Origin: Pirellulaceae bacterium
GTDB lineage: Bacteria > Planctomycetota > Planctomycetia > Pirellulales > Pirellulaceae
DNA: 32,000 nucleotides
Direction of reading: 5' to 3'
NCBI GenBank assembly: GCA_046153945.1
Contig: JBJXFF010000109.1
Span: forward strand, 51,616-83,615
The translations under genes were made by a program, and so were the position numbers. Positions 10,401-16,195 of this stretch are shown here, one piece after another. The notes beneath the pieces are model-generated. The model worked only from the letters and a program-made list of their open reading frames with translations. It was not told the origin of the DNA and searched no databases. Within the stretch, counting starts at the first letter, position 1. Every line of letters starts with the position of its first letter.

Positions 10401-11078
10401 CGCGACTTCGCGAAGGAGGGTCAGCAAATCCTGATGTTTACCTGTCACGAGCACATCATGCGGATTTTTGAAGAGGCTCAGACGGAAGTCCGGCTGCTCC
10501 CCGCTCGCCACGGAAAGCTAGTGGAGCCTGTTGTGGTTCTCCCCCCTCCGCCTCCCGAGCCCGAAAAGCCGAAACGGAAGAAGCAACGGCCACCGGAACC
10601 GGTCGTCGAGCTTCCACCACCACCGCCGCCGGTCATCGTCCCCGACGAGGCACCTCAGCGGTTGCAGTGGCCGGACCCCAACGACCTTTTCTCCAAGGCC
10701 GAGAAAGAAGAAAAGTGGTTCTATCCCACCAATGAATTCGAAATCCCGGTTGAAAAAGAGCCGGCACCGGTCGTCGTCATCAGTAACCTGCCCGATTACT
10801 GGCCCGTTGCTCCGATTCCCGCGCCGGTAGTTGTTCAGAAACCGGCACCGATTCCCGCACCTGCCCCTGAGCCGGTGAAAGTTGCCCGGATCGATCCTCC
10901 CGCTCCACCCAAGGTCATCCGTCGCAGACGGCCTCGGTTCACTTGGGGTTCGCCGGAGCTTTACTGGGACGAGGAGGAAGCCGTTGTTTCAGAAACGGTG
11001 ACAGTCGGTCGCCAGAGCCCGAAACAGGTTTCGAGCGTTCCGCTTCTGGAAGATCCGTGGAGCGGCTGGGACCTGTAG
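7446..11078 (+). CDS. SMC/Rad50-like AAA ATPase, SbcC/YhaN-like, with central TM hairpin and proline-rich C-terminal tail
   Basis: ORF 7398..11078 trimmed to the ATG at 7446 (AAGGAGAG at 7433-7440). Starts MRIKDIQVDGFGVWN. Motifs: Walker A GPNEAGKTT, long heptad-rich coiled coil, signature-like LSRGTREAVYISLRLAL, Walker B LVFDDVLVNLD, H-loop FTCHEH. Two hydrophobic helices are encoded at about 8868-9024. The last ~190 aa are Pro-rich. Confidence 0.85.
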   Translation: MRIKDIQVDGFGVWNNLKLDELPPGVTVLYGPNEAGKTTLMQFVRTVLYGFSPLRRNRYLPPVFGGQPGGRVRVSDGSGEFLLQRYSSPEDGEEDRGHLSVVDGYGLPRDPSQLSLLLSGVDEPTYSNVFACGLREIQELGSLDDTSAADHLYKLTTGLDRVSLVDVIRDMGESRERLLSTDDRPSQIVQLVQQRETLQGEIEELSSTTRRWCELAAQRSALAEEAEELEGSLSKNDGSHRLFEAALEVQGSWNLRSDLERQIATLRDIKQLPERAVEKLEALNQKVKTLRRQVKKIAVRGKQLRQEAAEIVVNRPLLAQANRIEALGEQTQWIVALESQIQKFKDDIRRLDAEIEHQIGATKGNKDELSAENYSVLKKPAIQLREATENLDSAKQEAEVAQREFEVLSGKFTASAKNRKAEDLHEGVQTVGQRVAALRKRIQLEEKIDQLARRREELEFEGEEMQEFTELPVRITAALGLIFSAGVMLLLIGMVGGWNNWVSSSGPYLLFGLMLSGGAAGMKLFLERKSEDDISDNRRQLEQVKNETARAKQERDELDADLPAGGGSLDVRLREAEAELRELERLSPLTTERLGAEQRHQLAQRKLAAAQETHKTIRARWTETLRGVGLPPDFPPQKVKHVVKNSDQVQELRRRREERRGEIEQRERDVLGLVGRIQQLFTDIRMTPASDKPQAMLRQLAQALVQEKEVLELRQGVVKKIKKLKTMRSRFGIKIRTASRKRSALLQLAGVIDMPAFSQVAAEAARANDLRKHREELSQKIQTALAGQFTEDQIAGLFAREGRDLQARWDQRMTHLHEVRTRLAGIHERRGACTHEMKLLESDRKLAGAKQLLSQVEEQLKAAVRRWQVLAIIGRALDSVRKTYETERQPQTLRESSHYLAQLTLGQYRRVWMPLDRRVLLVEDEDAKSLSLDVLSRGTREAVYISLRLALASSFARRGALLPLVFDDVLVNLDAARVRAAAQLFRDFAKEGQQILMFTCHEHIMRIFEEAQTEVRLLPARHGKLVEPVVVLPPPPPEPEKPKRKKQRPPEPVVELPPPPPPVIVPDEAPQRLQWPDPNDLFSKAEKEEKWFYPTNEFEIPVEKEPAPVVVISNLPDYWPVAPIPAPVVVQKPAPIPAPAPEPVKVARIDPPAPPKVIRRRRPRFTWGSPELYWDEEEAVVSETVTVGRQSPKQVSSVPLLEDPWSGWDL

Positions 11079-11087
11079 AAGGCAAAG

Positions 11088-11834
11088 TTATCTCGCCCGA
11101 GTGTTCCGCCGATTCAGCTCATCCCGAATCTGCGCGGCTAGTTCGTACTTCTCGCTGGCGACGGCATCGGCAAGCTGCTCTTGCAGGGTGCGGCCAACGT
11201 GGAAGTGCTGGCGGAGCGATTCGCGGAGCTCCATCAGCCGGCTGACGAGTTCGTCGTCGTCGAATTCTTCCTCGGCTTCGTAATCGACGAAGACCTGCTT
11301 GATTTCGTCTAGCCCTTTGTTGAGTTCTTCGACGGCTGCTTCCGCTCCCTTGTCCCCCAGGGCGGCCAGGGCGGCGGCTTGCGTCCGGTGGAACATGACG
11401 AACGGGCGGTATTGCTCGTGGCTCATCGTCCACTGCTCGTCCGGCGAATGCTGGCGGCAGAAGTCCATCAGCTTGAGCGTGTGCTGGGCGTCCGCCATCG
11501 CCAGACCGAAATCTCGCAGGGCCAGCCAGCAGATGCGGCGGTGGTAATACTGCACGAACTCCCGGTCCGCCTCGTCGCACTCCTCCTCGGTCATCTTGTA
11601 CTCGTCGCCGTCTTCCAACGTGCGTTGCACGAGGTAGTCGTAGAACGTCTCGCTGTCGTGCGGGCGCGTCCCGTCCGGACGGCCGCTCACTTCGAGCTGC
11701 AACAGCCCCAAGTCCAGCCGCATTTGCAGCACGTCGCGGCCGTCGGTCCCTTTCTTTTTGCGGACGCTGATTCCGCTGGGATCGTAGGGCCATTCGCGGA
11801 GCAGGCGGTCAATATTATCGCGTCGTGACATCAC
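11088..11834 (-). CDS. UVR-motif (UvrB/UvrC-type) domain protein, conserved hypothetical
   Basis: 248-aa ORF. GTG at 11834 is directly followed by ATG at 11831, and either may be the start. The C-terminal EKYELAAQIRDELNRR is a UVR motif. The rest is an acidic, helical protein with good coding texture. Confidence 0.8.
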   Translation of the reverse strand: MMSRRDNIDRLLREWPYDPSGISVRKKKGTDGRDVLQMRLDLGLLQLEVSGRPDGTRPHDSETFYDYLVQRTLEDGDEYKMTEEECDEADREFVQYYHRRICWLALRDFGLAMADAQHTLKLMDFCRQHSPDEQWTMSHEQYRPFVMFHRTQAAALAALGDKGAEAAVEELNKGLDEIKQVFVDYEAEEEFDDDELVSRLMELRESLRQHFHVGRTLQEQLADAVASEKYELAAQIRDELNRRNTRAR

Positions 11835-11887
11835 CTGGCGGCGGAGCCGTCCTCAGGGTGGTTTTTGTTTCATCGAGTACGCAGTGG

Positions 11888-11896
11888 ATTATACCA
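11888..11896 (-). promoter_or_regulatory. Extended -10 promoter element TGGTATAAT (minus strand) for the UVR-motif gene
   Basis: The reverse complement of 11888-11896 reads TGGTATAAT (TGn + perfect TATAAT). It lies about 55 nt upstream of the 11831/11834 start codon in a divergent intergenic region. There is no good -35, as is usual for extended -10 promoters. Confidence 0.35.
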
Positions 11897-12100
11897 ACGG
11901 AGTTTCCCAAAGTGCAGGCTTGGAATTCTGATGATTTTGGGGCTTTGGGAAAATCGTGGACGGACCGAACTAAACGGTTGACAACAAAGCCGCCAGCAAC
12001 TCCGTCCTCGGCTGGGGACTCTTGCTATCTGCGTCTCGCTGGCGGCGATGTATACTGAAAATGCAGGGGGCTCGCTCACCAGTCGGAAGACACCACAACT

Positions 12101-13279
12101 ATGTTTTCGTTCGCACCTTCTGGGCGGCACATCTTCGCTGTGCGGCACATTGTGACAGCCAGCCTGATCCTGTTGGCGCTTGCCGCGTTTGACTCCGCGT
12201 TCGCCCTTGATTTCGTCACTCTCGACAAGAATGGCACGAAAACGGAACTCGAGGGCCGCATTGAGGTGGAAGCCCAGGACGGCGGTGTCCTGATGGTTAC
12301 CCGGGACGGCGTCCTCTGGCCCATCCCCAAAGAAGAAATCGCCGGCCGTCGCAAGGACGACAAGCCGTTCGTGCCGTTCACCAAAGAAGAACTCGCCAAA
12401 AAGCTCACCAACGACCTTCCCGGGTTCAAGATCCATCAGACCAAGCATTACATCTTTTGCTACAACACGTCGACGGGTTACGCCCAGTGGGTCGGCGGAC
12501 TCTACGAACGGCTGTACGGAGCTTTTTACAACTACTGGGAACACCGCGATTTCAAATTGCACGAACCAGAGTTTCCGCTCATCGGCTTGGTCTTTGAAAA
12601 CCAGGAATCGTACGCCCAGTATTCCCGCAAGGAACTTGGCGAGGCGACGAAGTCGATCATCGGCTACTACAGCCTGCAATCCAACCAGGTCAACATGTAC
12701 GACCTGACCGGCGTGGAAGAACTGCGCATCAAGGGGGACCGCAACTCGGCGGCCCGTATCAACGCCATCCTCTTAAAGCCGGGGGCGGAGCGGACCGTGG
12801 CCACCATCATTCACGAAGCCACGCACCAGCTTGCCTACAACAGCGGAATGGAAGCCCGCTTCGCAGACAATCCGTTCTGGGTGAGCGAAGGAATCGCCAT
12901 CTATTTCGAAACACCCGACCTGCAGAGTTCCAAAGGCTGGAAGAACATCGGCGGCGTCAACCGCGTGAACCTGCTCAACTTCCGTAAGTGGCTTCGCGAC
13001 CGACCGACGGAATCTCTCACCACGCTTCTCTCGGACGACAAGCGCTTTCGCGATCCCACCACCGCCAGCAACGCCTATGCCGAAGCTTGGGCTCTCAACT
13101 ACTTCCTCCTCCGTACTCGCGAAGCGAAGTACATAGACTATGTTAAGGAGCTCGCGAAGCAGCCCCAACTTGTCGATGAAGGAGCCGAGTTCCGCCTGGC
13201 CATGTTCAAGAAGCACTTCGGCAATGACATGAAGGAACTGGACACGGAGTTCCTGCGCTACATGCGAAGCGTGCAGTAG
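12101..13279 (+). CDS. DUF1570-like secreted protein with HExxH motif (putative metallopeptidase fold)
   Basis: 392-aa ORF with a signal peptide (..ASLILLALAAFDSAFA) and IIHEATHQLAYN (HExxH). The overall wording resembles planctomycetal DUF1570 proteins. Confidence 0.75.
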   Translation: MFSFAPSGRHIFAVRHIVTASLILLALAAFDSAFALDFVTLDKNGTKTELEGRIEVEAQDGGVLMVTRDGVLWPIPKEEIAGRRKDDKPFVPFTKEELAKKLTNDLPGFKIHQTKHYIFCYNTSTGYAQWVGGLYERLYGAFYNYWEHRDFKLHEPEFPLIGLVFENQESYAQYSRKELGEATKSIIGYYSLQSNQVNMYDLTGVEELRIKGDRNSAARINAILLKPGAERTVATIIHEATHQLAYNSGMEARFADNPFWVSEGIAIYFETPDLQSSKGWKNIGGVNRVNLLNFRKWLRDRPTESLTTLLSDDKRFRDPTTASNAYAEAWALNYFLLRTREAKYIDYVKELAKQPQLVDEGAEFRLAMFKKHFGNDMKELDTEFLRYMRSVQ

Positions 13280-13306
13280 GTTACCATTCAGCCCGATTCT
13301 TTTCCC

Positions 13307-15049
13307 ATGAAGCTCCTTCGTCGCTGGTTCACCTGGCCCCGCGCGGTTGCGGCCTGTGCCTTGATGCCCGCGATTCTGCTGGGGACGTGGGGCTTTTATA
13401 TCGATCTGACTCGCAGCGGTCGCACGGACACCGACTCGGTCTGGTTCTGGCTATCCATTATTTACTCCACGCTGCAATTGTTCGTGATGGAGTTCAATGT
13501 CGCCAATGAAAAGGCAGAACTCCCTTGGCAATTGCACGTTGCCCGCCTGCTGGCGGCCCTGTTCCTGGGACTGGCGATTTGGGAAGCGCTGTCACGCTTG
13601 TTTCAGGATCAGTGGCAGGAATGGCGGCTGTCGCGGCTCAAGGGGCATGCGATTGTCTGCGGGCTGGGACGGAGGGGAGCCCAATTGGTTCAGGGGCTGT
13701 TGGCCCATAGGTTCGAAGTGGTGGCCGTGGAATTGAACGATACCAACGAGCACCTGGCATCCTGCGCTGCGCAGGGTGCGATTGTGCTGATTGGCGATGC
13801 GGCAGATCCGGCGCTAATTACCCGGGCCGGAATTAGACGGGCAGACTACCTGCTGATTGCCTCCGAGAGCGACCGCGTCAATCTCGAAATCGCGCTGCGT
13901 GCCAAGGAAGCCGCCGTCACGAATTCGCGCCGCCGCGAGCAGGCGCTGAAATGCCTCGTCCATGTCTCCGAATGGGAGGTGGCCGAAATTTTCCGACAGC
14001 ATCGGGTATTGACCTCTCCTGATTTGCACTTCGATGCTCAGCTTCTCAGTTACTTTGAAGAGAGTGCTCGTCTGGCCCTTGCAACTGTCCCGCTGGATGT
14101 TGCTCCCGCCCGCAACGTACGCCTGGTGATCGTTGACTTCAGTCCGATGGGTGAGGCGATCCTGCTGCAAGCGATTCGCATCGGTCACTTTGCCGGCGGA
14201 AGAGGGGTCGAAGTTGTCGTGCTCGATGCGCGGGCCATGGAGCGCGAACGGGAGTTTATGGTTCGCTATCCGCAAGCGCCCTGCGCCGGCCACATCCGGT
14301 TTCTGGCGCAATCGCTCGAGGACGCGGAAACTCGCCGGCACCTGATCGATTGGGCCACCGACCCGGCAGCCCATCTCGCCATTGCCATTTGTCGTGACGA
14401 CGACATTCTCTCGCTCGCTCTCGCCCTGTCGTTGCCCGCTCAAGTTCTGGAGCAACCGACCACGGTATACATCTGGCAAAACCAGCCGCAAGATTTGAAG
14501 CAAATTCTCTCCGGCAGCCGGGGGGGCGGCGCGCGTCTCGTCCCCCTTGGAGCCGAAGAGCCCATGGCCAGCGCGGCAACAATTCTGGAGGATCGCCTGG
14601 ATCGGCTGGCCATGGCCATCCATAACGACTATGTACAGGCCCGAATTGCCGATGGCAGCCACAACCCGGCCGATCTAACGCATCAAGAGTGGTCCTATCT
14701 TGGCCAAGGCTTCCGCAACTCCAACCGGGCCCAAGCGGACCACTTGGACGTAAAACTCCGGGCAGTCCACTGCCGTCGCGTTCTCACTGCCCATCCGGAG
14801 AAGACGGTGACCGTCTTCACACCCCGCGAGGTCGAAATGCTCGCCGAGATGGAACACGCCCGCTGGTGTGCCGAGCGATTCCTGGCCGGCTGGACATATG
14901 GCACTCCCAAAGACAAAATCCGCAAAATCTCCCCGGACCTCGTCCCCTGGGCCAACCTCCCCGAGCCGATCCGAGAATACGACCGCCAGGCTGTCCGCCG
15001 ACTGCCGGAACATGTCGCGCTCCTCGGCGAGGAAATCGAGCGGCTGTAA
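13307..15049 (+). CDS. Membrane protein with TrkA-N (NAD-binding Rossmann) domain(s) and C-terminal RyR (ryanodine-receptor-type) domain
   Basis: 580-aa ORF with about 3 N-terminal TM helices. Rossmann motif AIVCGLGRRGAQLV..VVAVE, plus a second degenerate Rossmann-like unit (VRLVIVDFSPMGEAIL). The C-terminus AIHNDYVQARIADG..EMEHARWCAERFLAGWTYG..ISPDLVPWANLPEPIREYDRQAVRRLP matches the RyR-domain pattern (IHxxW..GWxYG..hPxLvPyxxLpexxKexDR). Confidence 0.8.
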   Translation: MKLLRRWFTWPRAVAACALMPAILLGTWGFYIDLTRSGRTDTDSVWFWLSIIYSTLQLFVMEFNVANEKAELPWQLHVARLLAALFLGLAIWEALSRLFQDQWQEWRLSRLKGHAIVCGLGRRGAQLVQGLLAHRFEVVAVELNDTNEHLASCAAQGAIVLIGDAADPALITRAGIRRADYLLIASESDRVNLEIALRAKEAAVTNSRRREQALKCLVHVSEWEVAEIFRQHRVLTSPDLHFDAQLLSYFEESARLALATVPLDVAPARNVRLVIVDFSPMGEAILLQAIRIGHFAGGRGVEVVVLDARAMEREREFMVRYPQAPCAGHIRFLAQSLEDAETRRHLIDWATDPAAHLAIAICRDDDILSLALALSLPAQVLEQPTTVYIWQNQPQDLKQILSGSRGGGARLVPLGAEEPMASAATILEDRLDRLAMAIHNDYVQARIADGSHNPADLTHQEWSYLGQGFRNSNRAQADHLDVKLRAVHCRRVLTAHPEKTVTVFTPREVEMLAEMEHARWCAERFLAGWTYGTPKDKIRKISPDLVPWANLPEPIREYDRQAVRRLPEHVALLGEEIERL

Positions 15050-15355
15050 TGCTGTCGGCTCGCGTAACGACTCGCGGCCCACTCTTTCCTGCGGAGATGC
15101 AGGTTCGCTAGAATGTCCACGGGCTTTCGCAACTTTCCACAGTCGTGTCAAGTCAAAAATATTTCTTTTGTACAGTGAACAAAAGAGTCTTCCCAGGCGT
15201 CTTACGACAGGGAACTGATGCGCGCGGGGGCTGCCGGCGGTTCTGCGGGAAACAGCGCTCTTTGGCAACCTGGTTGTAAACTAAACTCTTGGACAGTACC
15301 CAAGAGATGAGCAAGAGACTGCGCGAAAGCTGGGCGGCGGGGACGAGTGGGTGCG

Positions 15356-15445
15356 TCAGGGTCGTCTGAAAAAGGGTAATATTCGCCGCGGCGCAGGGGT
15401 GAATCAGAATGCGCAGGGTGAATCAGACTTACGACCCTGATTCAC
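15356..15445. repeat. Repeat cluster: tandem GCGCAGG(G)GTGAATCAGA x2, an inverted copy, and a flanking 10-bp inverted repeat
   Basis: Tandem copies lie at 15391-15410 and 15411-15429. GTGAATCAG (15418-15426) pairs with CTGATTCAC (15437-15445). TCAGGGTCGT (15356-15365) pairs with ACGACCCTGA (15431-15440). A third GGTGAATCAGAAT copy lies at 15521-15533. Confidence 0.85.
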
Positions 15446-15468
15446 TCTAGAACATATGTTCACATAAC
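15441..15468 (+). promoter_or_regulatory. Candidate promoter with operator: -35 TTCACT, spacer holding the perfect palindrome GAACATATGTTC, -10 CATAAC
   Basis: TTCACT is at 15441-15446. The 16-nt spacer contains GAACATATGTTC (15450-15461). CATAAC is at 15463-15468. The palindrome has the GAAC-N4-GTTC form of Cheo-type LexA boxes. Both hexamers are only 4/6 matches. Confidence 0.25.
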
Positions 15469-15726
15469 GAGTTCCGGCCGAGCGCGTCGCCGTAAGTGCC
15501 GAAAGAGAGAAGCTTGAATCGGTGAATCAGAATCGCTCTGCCGGGGGGTTTTGCGAGGTTATAGACAAAACCGCCGGCGAGGAGATGATTCGCGGAGCAG
15601 TGACTGCCTGAGGATGTGGCAGAGGCTGCTATGCGGTGGCGCTGCCGCTAGATTTTCCATGAAGGTGTGTTACGGACCGGATCCCCAAAACCTCACCTGG
15701 CCCTTCCAAGGGGAGAGGAAGATGTC

Positions 15727-15798
15727 ATGCGAACTACTTTTTTCTCGGTCTATTTATTGGCGGCAATTATTGCGTTTCCACTCGCGGGCAATGCCTAG
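15727..15798 (+). CDS. Speculative 23-codon hydrophobic micro-ORF (MRTTFFSVYLLAAIIAFPLAGNA)
   Basis: The ATG at 15727 lies 7 nt after AGGA within GGGGAGAGGAAG (15710-15721). It encodes one TM-like or signal-peptide-like helix and then TAG. It could be a small membrane peptide or the decayed 5' end of a lost secreted-protein gene. Confidence 0.2.
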   Translation: MRTTFFSVYLLAAIIAFPLAGNA

Positions 15799-15906
15799 TG
15801 GGGCGAGTGGCCCAAGGGGAGGATCAAGATCAAGGTGGAGCCCGGAGGTGAACAAGGTCGAAGTGATCAAGTTCATGTAAAGCGTTCCTGGCGGGGGGAA
15901 TACGGT

Positions 15907-16010
15907 CCACAGATTACGCAGATTTCGCAGATGGATGGGGAAATCCAGAGGCAGATTTGTAGTTGGAGTTTCTGGATTTCCAAATCTGCGTACATCTGCG
16001 AAATCTGTGG
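15907..16010. repeat. Complex interleaved palindromic element (E1)
   Basis: Perfect dyads: CAGATTTCGCAGATG 15919-15933 with 15993-16007, GGAAATCCAGA 15939-15949 with 15971-15981, GCAGATTTG 15951-15959 with 15981-15989. Outer dyad: CCACAGATT 15907-15915 with 16002-16010. There are three 9-nt tandem CAGATTWCG-like units per outer arm. Confidence 0.9.
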
Positions 16011-16121
16011 ACCTCTTCAGAAGGATGAGGTGGGGCTGGGGGAGCTAGCGAGGATTCACGCCTCCGGGACGCTTCGGGAGTGGTATTCCGGGCCTTTCGG
16101 GACCGAGTTATCTGTAGCGGC

Positions 16122-16136
16122 TGGCACTTCGATTGC
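16122..16136 (+). promoter_or_regulatory. Sigma-54 (RpoN) -24/-12 promoter match TGGCAC-TTCGA-TTGC
   Basis: Exact match to the TGGCAC-N5-TTGC core, located in an intergenic region 60 nt upstream of the ATG at 16196. Other TGGCAC hexamers I checked in the window are inside CDSs and lack TTGC at the right spacing. Confidence 0.55.
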
Positions 16137-16195
16137 CTACAATGGAGGGTGCGGAGAGAGTCCGCGAGGAATGTCTTTTTGGAAGGACGCTGGTC

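Noticed and set aside
6157-11078. The phosphoesterase + SMC-like ATPase pair as an anti-phage defence system (Lamassu/Wadjet/Septu-like)
   Set aside because: The architecture matches the housekeeping SbcCD / YhaO-YhaN repair type. There are no additional effector, kleisin-like or HNH partners, no mobile-element context, and the flanking genes are ordinary. A defence role cannot be excluded, but nothing in the sequence supports it.
15356-16010. Possible CRISPR array, because of the many short repeats
   Set aside because: The repeats are heterogeneous, often inverted and irregularly spaced, with no repeat-spacer periodicity. No cas genes are present in the window.
16011-16121. A riboswitch upstream of the 16196 operon (CUAGCGAGGAUUC...GGGA strings vaguely like a guanidine/ykkC element)
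   Set aside because: The conserved ykkC core strings (GGGUUCCGG, ACGGCGGGA..AAAGCCCGGGAG) are absent. The segment also lies upstream of the predicted -24/-12 promoter, so it would not be in the leader.
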